Positions 1 through 12,479 of a stretch of DNA of 64,000 bases are shown here, piece after piece. Position numbers and translations under genes: made by a program. The stretch spans positions 496,001 through 560,000 of the forward strand of contig JAQGDQ010000043.1 in NCBI GenBank assembly GCA_030141605.1, given 5' to 3'. Below the pieces are notes generated by a model. That model made no database searches and was not told where the DNA came from. It worked only from the letters and a program-made list of their open reading frames with translations. Positions within the stretch are counted from its first letter, which is position 1; every line of letters starts with the position of its first letter. The DNA comes from Tubiluchus corallicola (Eukaryota; Animalia; Priapulida).

Positions 1-48
1 ATAGGACTTTTAGTAAATAGAAGAAGACAGTGTAAAGTGACAGCTTAC

Positions 49-157
49 CAACACCTGCTACACCTATTGATTCTGCAGCAACTGTGGGCACTTTGTCATC
101 ATTCTTACTCACGGGTCGGTCATTAAGTTCCGCCAACTCATATAAATTTGTCCTTCC
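49..157 (-). CDS. SGO: Probable shugoshin exon
   Basis: tag acceptor, G|gtaagc donor; GRTNLYELAELNDRPVSKNDDKVPTVAAESIGVAGV. Confidence 0.55.
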
Positions 158-980
158 CTACATTCACAACAACAGTTTTAAATTTATACTAAATTTGCTG
201 CACAAGGTTCTAGGCACACATATAATGAACTTTAAGTAATCAACTGTACAAATGTGAAAATATTTATAAAGATGTGTACTTTAGGCCTTGGAAGATTGCC
301 CTTGGGTAGAGCATCGATAGTGACCGCTGGCATCCTCCAAGTCTCAGTATGACTACCATCCATACTTTGTGGCTCATTGCCTGATAATGATAATTGCTGA
401 AAAGATTTGAAACTTCTACCAACTGTCAAAAAACATTAGTTAAAAGAAAAATCTATGAACCATTAAACTAACAGAAAACATGGTACAAGACAAGTGGATT
501 CCATGCCATTTACACTGTAATTTAAAGCAACATCTAACGTACAAGTTTACTTCCTTTCAGTAATATAAACAAAAATTGTTTCGCGTATTCAGCAAAGTGG
601 AAACATAACGGGACTGCTTGAAAAAGGATATTAAACACAACTAGACTTAACTGAATAATAAGCATAAACAAGTAACATAACCTTGTATATAACCACATAA
701 ATAATAAAACTAACAAACTAGCATTGAAGGAAGGAACATGAATGAACCACCACTGCTTAAATAATGGTACCACTTGAACACACCCAACACTAACCACATT
801 TTATTGATCCTACTACCTAAACATCTACTATCTACCACAAGGAGAGAAACCACAAGGGTTTTTAAAATAACATTTATTACTACGAAAAGCTGCAAATAAA
901 CAAGTAATTTTGATTTATTTACGATCATTTACAACTGTAATCATAATATTGACTTGTGCAGAGTTGCACAAGTTACCGTA

Positions 981-1027
<47 letters not shown>

Positions 1028-1035
1028 AAATACGG

Positions 1036-1072
<37 letters not shown>

Positions 1073-4000
1073 GGCAAATATATATATATATACAAAAATT
1101 GTTTCAATCATATATATATATATGTATATATTCAATCGTATTAATATTTTTACACTGACTTAGACTTTTCCTTTTGTGATTCAGTAGGAAGTACTTATAC
1201 ATACACAACAGTTTGTGATTCAAAGTATGCTTATACTTTGCTTACAACAATGCTTATAACAGATGCAAAAATAAGATTGGTAATGGGTATGCTGAGCTGT
1301 AATGGCCTTCTATTTCAGAAAGCCCCAACAGCAAGCAACCAATTAGTTCACATGTTGTAATATCACTCAATGATGATAACACTTCATTCGTACTATTCAT
1401 CACTGACCTTTAAATTTACACTCAAGATCACCAATTATCCTGGTAAATATATTTGTTCATACATCTCTAACATATACTAAAAGTTAAAGTACCAACTTTT
1501 TAAAGTTCTTTAGTTGGTAACTTAATTAATTTTAAAAACTAGCCTCCAGCATTGATAACAATCAACAGTATTGGTATGTGTACATGCTGGGAAATGCACT
1601 GAAATGCACTGAAATGCTAGCTTATAGGTAGTTGTATTACTTTTTCCAATGATGGCTCACAACTAGTTTGTAGGAAAAAGCACTGAAAGATGATTAGAAC
1701 AAAATTTACCTCTTCTGGGTGGGTAAATAACAAATTCCTTGCTTCTTCACCACCAATTCTATTACTGCTTCCAGGTGCCATTCTAAACATAACAATAGAA
1801 TAATGCTTTACAAGTTACATGTGCTGCATTAACAATGTTAAACGCTGGCAAAACACAAACTAACCCATTTTTCGTCTCACACAAATTTCGTGAGACATGC
1901 TGTACACAAATTCCCACTAAAACAATTGTATTTTTTCTTTACACAAACACAGCCACCCTATTTTGCTATTTTGCATTGGCTTTGGCTCTTGCGTGATTTT
2001 AGGATAATGTGGTGCTATTTTCTTGCTTCACAAAACTGCTAAGAAAGATTTGGAGCAGGACCTGGTGATGCCTGCTGCATAAACATAACGAAATCAGATG
2101 AATCAGCATATCAGTTTGTGGTACAATTTGCCTTTAAAAATTTTCATGTAAAATCAACGACACCACAAAAGCTAGACATTAAGAGGGTCTAAAAATACAT
2201 GACCAAATTTTATTAGAAATTCAGCTAACTGGAAACTTTGAAACTCAAACAGTTTTTAAAGTCACTAAAAGTGTTTAAACATTTACCTATTGCAAATAGA
2301 ATTAGAAAAAAGTTAAAAAACTTTTCTTAACTACGATAACTATACATACGCTTGGGAGAAGACTGCTAATTCTTTGGTACTTAAACTTTCTCCTTCTGCA
2401 GATGTTGACGATTTCCGACCATTTGCTGGTAAGGAATCTTTACTAACTCCCGCTAGACGATAAGCCTGATTAAGTTTGTCAAATATTTCCACTATCTGTG
2501 AGTGTATTTCATCCTGTTTCATTCTCATTCTTAACATACTAGATGTGCACTCGTCCAAAGCTGCTCTCACTGAAGTATTTCTTTCCTTAACAACACATAA
2601 ATTTAACAGAATTTTATGTCAATTTACTTGAATGAAGATCTGTTATTTAAAAACTTACAGAATAATTTATATTAGACAGAGTCTAAAAAATGGGATGCCT
2701 TTGAGAGGATCTAATGGTTACTCCTGCCAGAAAAATAGGTCTTTGGTTGGTCAGTGGAGGTGCAAAATTTTTCTGAATTTCTAATTTAGCATTGCTTTCA
2801 TGCATTTGTATTACTGATTAGTACCGCAACCTGACAAATAATAGCACTGAGAGTATTTATTCAAAGTTCAAAATTTGCGGCGGCCGAGTGCCACACAGTA
2901 TGAGAGTCTCTAAAATAAAAACATGTACAAAGTAAAGCTTACGTTAAAATAACACAGCATTTTGTATAACACAGCGATACGAGTAATGTCATCCTATGCA
3001 TAAGGCAATGCATGCTGTTTTTGAAATTTTATATGCAAATGCAATTAAGCGTCAATGCGGCAAGACATGTTAAATGCTATTATCATTTTAAGTTTTGAAT
3101 CATGACTTGGGAATTGTATTTCAAAACAAAAGATGTGATGTAGAAGAAGCAGTTCAATATATGTTTTATTTGTTATGTGTCAACACAATGGAATATTAGA
3201 AACCTTTTACTTCTTAAACATTAGTAGAATTACTTCTAATCTACCTTATTTTCTTCATCCCTAAAGAACAAATGAAGCTAATTACATATTGTTGTGTTTT
3301 GTTTCTCTCGGAAGGCTCGTAGAGAAAACCAGAAAACATGCCATCAAATAAAACTTCTTTATTTTAGCGAGAATTTTATTACACAAAATTGAAGGAACTT
3401 TTGAAATGAGTACAATAAATGAGAAAATCTGGAAAACGTTAAGATAAGTAAATAAATAAGTATAAGTCCGTGTTCTACGATCCGTGATCCGGGCTCTCTT
3501 TTCGGCAGCCTTATATAGCGTGCTGGAGAAACTTCTCGAAGAAATGTCCGAGAACAATCCAGATGCTGAGAAGATGCTAACGCGGTCATCGGCGGCAGAA
3601 CATTCTATGGTGTTCTATGCAATTCTGCTTGACGCCAGCAATCTCCACAACACATATAGAACTAAAGCAGCATGGATTTTATATTTCAAGAGATCCCTCT
3701 AGACTTTAAAACAGTCTAGTTCCAAATTTATCGTTGACAAAGCCGCCCTTCATTGTATTGTTTTTACTACCATTTTTTCACTTCTAATTCCATATTTGTA
3801 TGTACATATGAATCTTATTCCATGACCCATGTGGAATATATTTTTGTTTTGGTTAATATTTGGGTTTTAACATAGTAATCCAGAGGCTAGCAGCTTTTAA
3901 AGCAGCACTAAAGTCAAAATATGAATGAGTGTCAAAATGTAGTCAAAACATAACTGATAACCACATCATATTTAAAAACTGATGAAAAGCTCTGTGCAGG

Positions 4001-7000
4001 CATAAGGAGTGTAGGCTTTAGCGTGACGTCATTGGTATTTCTAGCGTATGTAACAATGCATGTGCACATAAGTGAAAAAAATGGTACCGTATCAAAAATT
4101 TTCTGCTGAATTTACATAAAAATACAAAATACATCAGACTGCACATTACCAGACCTTCCAGCCTACAGGTGTCCAAAACAGGGAGAAGCCACAAAAATTC
4201 AGTTAGTAGTCTGACGAAGCCCAGTGTCTGAGGGAGCGTTATACACTCTCGAAATGGGGTACCGCCCTTCGATGCTTTTTAATATTCCATTATTTTAGAT
4301 GCCTAATTTGATACAGTAGAAATGGCTTCCAGACAACACTTTTTAACTCTTTGAGAAAGTGTTACTAACATGTTCAGGCACTATAGGAAAGCCTTTCACA
4401 CATTTTTTTCGAATGTGCAAAACATTTCCCAGAAAAAATTCTTTAAACCTTTAATTCAAAGTATTGCTGATAATATGTCTAAAATTTGGTTGTTGTACAA
4501 TGTCGGACATTAGTAACTATTGTCATTTATCAAAAGCTTACCAATATCGCAAATTAAATTATCTCAAATTAAAAATATCTAACTTTACTGGCTTCATTAG
4601 CCGAAAACTTTGTGCAGATCACAAAATCTCATTCATGTGGCCGGTAAGTGCAATCCCACGCCACTGTTCTAGGTGCTGCATTCCCACATTGTTTTTTTTC
4701 ACATTGTCTACCACCATAAATGGACAATTCTATTTCGGGCAAGGGATGGTGGTCGTGATCGTGATCAACATTTTGTGCAGTTTTACCTTGAAGTAACAGT
4801 TGGGGAAAATCGGGAAAAAGGGAGGTTACCATTAAACTCAGGAATCCAATGATCAAATCGGGGGAGTTGAATGACATCACAGATGGCCAAAAATAATCTT
4901 GGAATATATGAAGTAATTAGGCAATCAATTTACATTGCAAGTCAGCTGCTAGGCACATCTTTTTGGGTTAATACATACACAGTAATTAAAAAAGAAATAG
5001 TCAAAAGCTAAATAAACATTTCAAATAAAGCCATACTAACTTATCTAGTGCATTTTAGTGAGGACTTGCACAGCTAAAGGCTTTGGCTTGAGTCAATTTC
5101 TTTTCGTTGATCACACCTGCAGTGTTCTTACAATTTTACCCTTTGAAAACTGCAAATATGATCATTCTTTGATAGAAGCATTGTTTGAGCTGCACAAGCC
5201 AACCTGGCAATGAGACAAAGCAGCAAAGATGATGCAATAATAAACAGCGAAGTGCGAGAAACCAGTGGTGCCAAAACTTTCGCATGTCTGTCGCATATAG
5301 CGCTTTGAAGTAGGTGTGGACAAAGTTATGATTTGAGCTTAATGTTAAAATTCCTTAAGTACTGCTTCAATGTTTGTATAATGCTGGAATATCTGTTGTG
5401 TTGATAATAAAATACAAATATAATCATAAATGGACATACAGCTATCCTATCCTCGATAATATCATTCAGTTCAGCGTAACTATGTCCAGTGCGCTCCATT
5501 TCAGAGATTTGTTTGCGTAAATCAGCCAGCTGACGTTGGGAGTCATTATGCTGTTGCTGTAAAAGAGCACATTCTTGTTTCTTGCTCTCCAGAGCCTGTG
5601 CGAGCGCACGATTGTTAGAACGTAGTGATGTCTTCTGCAGGGTAGATGCATTCACTGAAACAGAAATTATTAATTTATGAACTAGGTCATAAAATAAATT
5701 AATAATTTATTATAATTAAAATTACAAATATATATACAAAAGTAAACAAATGTGTGGTTTGGTGGGTAGTGTCACAAAAATAAACACAGTCAATATAGTG
5801 GACAAAGTTACAGAAATAGTTAATTTAGACATCTTTTAGTGCATAAATTAATGCTAAATTCAGAAAATTTAGGTATTTCTTACCCTAGTGATAGTATTTA
5901 GGAAATTTCTAAATTTTGTAATGTTTTGCCAACATCACAAAGTGCAAGTATTTGGGTTAGTGGACACAATAATACTAAAGTCGACACATAATTTTGTTTT
6001 TGCAGTAGTATTTTTTGAACTTTATAAAACAGCGCCATGCAAGACATTTTTAATAAACAAAGTCAATCAATGTAAGATATCATTAAAAAAATTTAGACAT
6101 CCTTAAAAGTTTAGAATCTACCTGAGCAATTTATGATTCTTGCGCAAGATTTGTTAAAGGATTTCTGTATAGAATAAATAGGAATTCTTCTCTTGATGCG
6201 GCGTTTTTTCTTGATTCGACTTGAATTCATCTGTGAAATGGCTAGCAGTTCCTTAGCATTTTCCTACAAAATCAAAATATCAATTGAAAAAATTGTTTGC
6301 AAATGGAGCCTTCCTTCTTTAAAATACAAACGGTAATATTTTAAGCATTGGAGTTAAGTGCTGGCATTTTAAGTAGCCAGTAATACCATAGTCAAAGAAA
6401 TAAGCCAATAACGTTATATTAATTAATAAGGTATCTGAGCAAAACACCAACTTAAAACTAAGTACTGAACAAAATTATGAAATTGATCAGCTGTACAAAT
6501 TCTGGTTAGGTATTTTGTTCCTTAACTCCCAATTTCAAGAACAACCTACTAAGTCCATTTTTGGGCAAAATTGAGTTAAATGTTGGTATAGAGCATTCTC
6601 ACTAACCATGCTGCATCTTACTATCAAATTGTTTGATGATATGAAAGTCATAAATGTGTTATTGGCAAATTAAAAAAGTTAGTAAGTACATGGAAGCATC
6701 CATTTCAGCCAAACACCAGGTGCATAACAATTACGCAATCAGTAACTACTATGCAGGTGAACAGCTAGATAAGCTGCTCGACCTTTTACCAGCAATAGAG
6801 TAATATGTGAGATTCTATAACTGCAGCAGTTAGCTTTGCTTGTGCATATTTGGCGGATTAATAATAGAGTGACTGACAGCTCTGTCTAGATTGAGAGCAC
6901 GTAGGAATCTAGTAAGTCCCGTTTTTTGAAAACAGGCAGCCACATACAATAAAGGCATTTTCAGTTCCACTTCAGTGCAACCTTTAATTTACTCCATTAA

Positions 7001-7597
7001 CTCAAAAATTACTTTACCGAGGCCAAGACTGAAAAACAATTTAGCATTTAGCAAGGTTGAAAAAGGCAATCTAGCAAGACTGGAAAATAATTTAGCACGG
7101 TTGAAGAAGGCAGCCTAGCAAGACTGAAAAACAACTTAGCAAGGTTGAAGAAGGCAGCCTAGGAAAACTGAAAAACAATTTAGCATTTAGCAAAGTTGAA
7201 GAAGGCAATCTAGCAAGACCGAAAAATAATTTAGCAAGGTTGAAGAAGGCAATTTAGCAAGGTTGAAGAAGACAACTTAGCAAGATCGAAAAAATAAGAC
7301 AACATAGCAAGATTAAAAACAATTTAGCTTACAGAATTGCTGTTGCTAGCTGAAAATAATTACCTGAAACAATAAAATGCTGTCTAGTGCTCATTTTTGT
7401 GCCCAACTGCAGCTTAGCGAGGATTAAAAGAAATATTGGCACAACCAATGAATAGCTATTGTGTCCTTCCTATTTATATTATTAGGGCCTATGAACTTAA
7501 ACTCAAAGTCAAGTTTGCATACATGTACATACAACATTTTGAAAATATAATTTATATCTAATAATTAACATACCATAGTTTGTTCTGCCAACTCCAT
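49..7597 (-). CDS. SGO: Shugoshin-like centromeric cohesion protector, spliced, 3'-incomplete (runs off the left edge)
   Basis: Exons 7597-7574, 6263-6122, 5654-5440, 2585-2350 and 1782-1710 splice in frame with GT-AG, giving MELAEQTM-ENAKELL...RIINCS-VNASTLQKTSLRSNNRALAQALESKKQE. This resembles the shugoshin N-terminal coiled coil (vertebrate SGO2 SLKHNNRALAQAL). Exons 422-280 and 157-49 are probable, but a phase-bridging exon between 1710 and 422 was not found. The C-terminal SGO motif lies outside the window. Confidence 0.8.
280..422 (-). CDS. SGO: Probable shugoshin exon
   Basis: tttgacag acceptor, AAA|gtacac donor; open frame GRSFKSFQQLSLSGNEPQ...LPRPK. Confidence 0.5.
971..1130. repeat. 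(TA)n microsatellite cluster with a 16-bp inverted repeat
   Basis: AGTTACCGTATTTTAA (971-986), then (TA)n, then TTAAAATACGGTAACT (1025-1040), followed by further (TA)n runs. Confidence 0.9.
1710..1782 (-). CDS. SGO: Probable shugoshin exon
   Basis: tttag acceptor, GAG|gtaaat donor; phase 2 to 0; MAPGSSNRIGGEEARNLLFTHPEE. Confidence 0.55.
2350..2585 (-). CDS. SGO: Shugoshin exon
   Basis: ERNTSVRAALDECTSSMLRMRMKQDEIHSQIVEIFDKLNQAY...; AG acceptor, GTATGT donor; phase 0 to 2. Confidence 0.7.
5440..5654 (-). CDS. SGO: Shugoshin exon, N-terminal coiled coil
   Basis: NASTLQKTSLRSNNRALAQALESKKQECALLQQQH...EDRIA; tttcag acceptor and gtatgt donor. Confidence 0.85.
6122..6263 (-). CDS. SGO: Shugoshin exon, basic N-terminal region
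   Basis: tttgtag acceptor; ENAKELLAISQMNSSRIKKKRRIKRRIPIYSIQKSFNKSCARIINCS; gtagat donor; phase 0 to 1. Confidence 0.75.
7022..7330. repeat. Minisatellite of alternating 20-23 bp units
   Basis: Units like CAAGACTGAAAAACAATTTAG and CAAGGTTGAAGAAGGCAATCTAG alternate. Confidence 0.9.
7574..7597 (-). CDS. SGO: Shugoshin first coding exon (MELAEQTM)
   Basis: ATG at 7597, donor GTATGT at 7573, upstream acceptor TTTAG at 7632; phase 0 matches the next exon. Confidence 0.6.
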
Positions 7598-7849
7598 AGA
7601 ATTAAACAAGAGTTAAATGAGAGAGAGCAACCTAAATGCAAAAAAGATATAATCACAACTTATGGTTTACCTCAAATGCATTCAAGGTATCGAATAACGT
7701 ATACTAGGTATAACTGAGAAGGAATGACAGAAAATCGGAGATGCATATCGATTGACCGAGTAACACTGTAGAAAGGCATGTATGCATGTGATTTACATTA
7801 AAGGGGCATAAATAGCATTAAAAAGAAAAAGAAGAAATCAAGAAAGGAC

Positions 7850-10800
7850 TCTAGATGTCTAGGGTTTATTTTCGTGTTTGCCAAGAAAACTACCAACGTA
7901 ATGTGATAACTTAGCGCAAAGACTCTCACTGCTGTAGAAACAACTAAATACATTATGTACCACACTTTCACAATTCATGTTTACTTCACAACTACTTTAG
8001 CCAAAGTCACGGGAAAAAATAACATTAAAATGTAAATGAGCCAACTGACTGAGTTTCTGCAATGGTGACTGCACACAAGAAATCTACAAATGGTCTAAGA
8101 GCATGTATTGATCCTGGTGTTTTAATCAAAGCCATAAAATAACCTCATTACCCAATGCAAACATAGAAGAAATTATAGCTGATATACCAAAATCAAAATA
8201 TTTCACAGTACTAGATGCTAAGAATACATTCTGCACAGCAAGATTCCTCTTGACAGCAAATCAACATACCTAACAACCTCTGGAACACCGTTCGTGCGTT
8301 ATAGATAACTCAGGATGCCGATGAGTATTTGTTCAGCATCTGAAGTATATCAGCAAGCTATAGAACACTTGTTAGCATCTTAGCCTTGCTATGCCATAAT
8401 GGATGATATACTGGTTTGTGGGTCAACTGAGGAAGAGCATAACCTCAATTTAAAGAAAGTACTTGACATATTCTGTGAGATCAATCTCAGTTGTCACTGC
8501 ACAAGTGCAAGTATAAACTTAATGAAGTTTCATACATTTGTCACGAGCAATCTCAAGTTGTCACTGCACAAGTGCAAGTATAAACTTAATGAAGTTTCAT
8601 ACATTTGTCACGTACTTAGTGCTAGTGGTCTAAAGTCTGATCCCCGCAAAGTAGAAGTTATCTGTAACATGCCTATTCCAGAAAACAAAACCGACTTACT
8701 TCGTTTCCTAGGTATGAAAAAATATATTTCAAAATTCATACTGAACCTCTGTGAGTTAACAACATCTCTGATTGAACTCTTAAAAAACGAAAATCAGTGG
8801 GTGTGGTGTGATCCATAAAACAAAGTTTTTAGTGGCATCAAAGAAAGAATCGCGAAAGTCATACGTCTGGCATATATCAACAAAGATGTTACACTCACAT
8901 GTGACTCTCCTCAGTTTGGTTTTGGAGCAGCTTGTCTCCAAGAAGACAGACCAATATCATATGCATCTCGCACTCTAACTGCGCCTGAACATAGTTATGC
9001 ACAAATAGAGAAGGAATTGGCAGCAGTGGTATGTGCTTGTGATATCACAATATCAGCCGCTTATCACAATAGTGAAAAACCTCTCTCTGAAACTCCTACT
9101 AGACTCCAGCAACTGCTTCTAAAATTGAATGCATGCAACTTTCAGCAAATCTACAAAAATGCAAGGACTTAATTATATCTGACACTTTGTCCAGACTGCC
9201 TTTGACTGATGAAATGTCAGATATTGATCAGGACTTGGAAAATTTGACTATTATGCTGATCACAGATAATTGTTTGACTGAGCTAAAGGAAGCTACAGCT
9301 AATGACAGTGCTTTCCAGAAGTTACGCCAAGTCGTCATACAGGATTTGTATAAACACATCAACAATGTTGGGCAAGAACTCAGACCATATTTTTAATTTC
9401 GTCATGAGCTTTTGTTCGACGAAGGTGTTTGTTTAAAAGGATGTAACATTGTTGTACAAGTACTGCTACAAAGTAACTTTGCTTTACAAGTTCGTAAAGA
9501 TCATCTAGATGTAGACTCAGCTAAGCGAAGTATATAAAAGATGTGATGTACAACTGGCCCACAAATTCAAGTTTTAGTTGATAACTGTACGAAAATCATC
9601 AACAAAGAGAAGCTGCCATGAAGTTCCTCGGCGAGCATAGTCAGTGGTTGGTACAGGTCTCTTTGAGTGAAAAGAATTCCTATCTCATCACCGTGCACTC
9701 ATATTCAGGTTGTTTCGAAACTGATGTACTTCGTGAGACTACAACACAGATAGTTGTTCATAAGCTGAATAAATTTTGCAAGATTCGGTATTCCCGACAT
9801 GGTTATATCAGCTAGTGGACCTCAGTTTATATCCAGAGAATTTAAGCAGTTTTCACAGGACTGGGAACTTAATCATACAACGAGAAGTCCATACTTTCAT
9901 AACAGCAATGGATTAGCTGAAAAGGCTGTTCAGGCGGCTAAGTGCATGTTGGAGAAGTCTTAAGGAGATGGTAGTGACACCTTTTTTGTCTATGCTTAAC
10001 TTTCGCAATACACCTTTAACCTCATGATGACATAGATTCGCCAGTGCAAAGAAGCCTTTCAAGGCGTACATGCACAACTATTCTAATGCTAGATGATTTG
10101 CTCAAACCAGAAGTACTTGATTCTGAGAGTGTTCAATTCAAATTGTCTAAGCTTAGACTGCAACAGATATCTCAGATAGATAGATCTGCAAAAGCTCACA
10201 TCTTTACAACCTGGTTATCTAGTACGCATGCAGATGTAAAAGGGTTATGATATGCCCGCAATTATAGTTTAACACGATGATACTCCAAGATCTTACTGGG
10301 ACAAAGGATGGAGGTGAGTACCGTAAAAATAGACAGCATTTGTTGAAAGTACCTAAGCAAGATTGCTCTACTGAACAAAAGCAAGAACAAGTAGCAGAGA
10401 AACCTTTTACTGATATTCCACGCAATAAAGTTAACTTACTTGATACTTCAGTCAGAATTGTGCTTGAATCCAGTGATGCTGTGAGAACTCATTTAGGCAG
10501 AGAAGTGAAGAAACTGATACATTTTCACAAACGAATAACAGTTGTTAATTACATTCATTTCCACAGCAAATTGTAAGCTTTTATCGAGTTTCCAGAGTTT
10601 AATTGTTTCAGTAATTTTGAAAAAAATTGACTTTGTTGTATTTCTTGTGTTACAATTTAACTTTAGGTTTCTTTCAACTATAAGCTGAATTGCAAATTGA
10701 TTTTAATTTAAATTATGTAGTGAATTATAAAGAATACCAGTAACACCAGTGTTTAAGAAAGAGTTTGTCAATGTTTTACATATTTGTTCACACGGTTTAA

Positions 10801-11170
10801 ATGTGTTACACAGATTTGTATGCTAACTGGGATTTCGCGAAATCTAGTGTTTTTCAAGGTCAAGGTCACATGTGGTACATGTGTATCATTCACTATTATT
10901 TGCTGATTGCTTTACGTGTGCTGATTGTCAAGGTGATAGATTATATAGCAATGTAACTATTGGTGACTCTGTTTTCTTTAAACCCCCCAAAAAAGGAGGA
11001 TGTAGGATGACAATACATCATAGATATGTATTGTGTAGAAACAATGATTTCGCACTTGCTGGTGTGCAATGCATGCATCCTGATCATATCATAGTTGAAA
11101 TGTAATTTTTGCTTAATAAAAGGCAGTTAACTTCTTAGTTCAAAACACAGTTTCATAAGCTTGAAACTCA
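7850..11170 (+). mobile_element. Degenerate Ty3/gypsy LTR retrotransposon (pol: RT, RNase H, integrase; PPT; probable 3' LTR)
   Basis: Frame-broken motifs in gypsy order: LRACIDP, YFTVLDAK, IMDDILVCG, LLRFLGM (RT); TCDSPQFGFGA...ISYASRTLT...YAQIEKEL (RNase H); SGPQFISREFKQF...SPYFHNSNGLAEKAV (integrase). Polypurine tract AAAAAAGGAGGA at 10989-11000 is followed by TG at 11001, with AATAAA near 11116. No gag or 5' LTR seen; boundaries approximate. Confidence 0.9.
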
Positions 11171-12479
11171 CAGAAACTTGTAACTAATAATGAGATTGTC
11201 ATACTACTTTTTTAGTTTTTGTTACATTCAGGGTTGTGGAATTGGGCTCACCATCACTAATTAATTGACTGTCAGAATCAGGTCCATACCAGCAAATGTA
11301 GTTGCAGAAACGTAACTTATACGCTTTAGCAGGAAATGGTAAAGTTTTATTGACAGGGAATCAGAGGTTTCGCGTTAATTCTCATACTAATAAAAAATAA
11401 TACATAATTAGTCTCTAGGCTCTGTTTAGAAGTCCTCTGCAGTGTACCAGACTTGCAGGTACTCATACATAACATATGACTCTAGCATTTTACCTGTTTC
11501 ATGCTCTCACTCCAGCAAATCAGTAAATCTGCGAATCTCATACATTTTAAACCAGCCACCAAATTTATCCTTATTTTTCCATTAATTAATAATACTAGTT
11601 TCATAAAAGGCACATCAATGAAACTCATTTTAGACATAGGTTGTCTAATTAGAAATATTGTTGCTTGGATCTTCGACTTCTCCCTCAACTCCATTTTCTT
11701 CTGTTAGCAATGTAGTGTAGACGTTTTTTTACTATCTTCAATTATGTTTTGTAGTGGTTGAGGTTAGCAACAGCAGTTGAAAGAATTTAGGTGCAACTAT
11801 ATTATTACACAGTATTATTTTTATCTATTACATGTGATACGTTCTAGTCAAAAATTAATGTTCCTTTGATTACATGCTTCTGTGCAGTAGCTAGCGCAGC
11901 CTAATGGACTAGACTCATTTTAGGTTATAATTCTTGAGTTGAGACAAAAGTAAATTGAGTAGATAATTAAGATTTAAAGTAAAGTTACAATGCAGTAATT
12001 ATTCATACGACAGAAAGTCCTTTATTTTAATCATCGATTTTATTAGATTATGTCACATGATTCAAAGCAATTACAAGTCGAAGCTCATCAATTTAATGGT
12101 CCTTATGTAACGCATTCAAGATTCAAATTCTTAAATTTAGTTTGCATTTATGTCTTCCAAATGTGTCAGCAGGTAAAAGCTTTGCCCTACTTCTCGGTGC
12201 TCAATTATGCCTATAGGTGAATTATAACGTCTCACTCATTTCGTGCTCTACATTTGATAGATCTGTATCTGCAGAATTAAAATTAAATTTTACATTAATC
12301 AACAGTCCTTCTTCCAAAAAGGTTGAAAAGACTCTTTAAAAAGTCTTACGGGTCTGTTCACCTTACTGTGGCACTTTCATGAAACCCTTAATCAACATCT
12401 AGTAATTCTAGTATTATTTCGCTGCTCAGTGTCTGCATCTAGCAATAGATTAACGATAGGTTAAAAATGTGTTAGGCAA

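Noticed and set aside
1957-2025. Extra phase 2-2 shugoshin cassette exon (KKIAPHYPKITQEPKPMQNSKI)
   Set aside because: The frame fits but both splice sites are weak (donor GTGGCT); not supportable without RNA data.
11482-11707. Overlapping ~70-aa ORFs on both strands
   Set aside because: No recognisable motif; at most a UTR exon.
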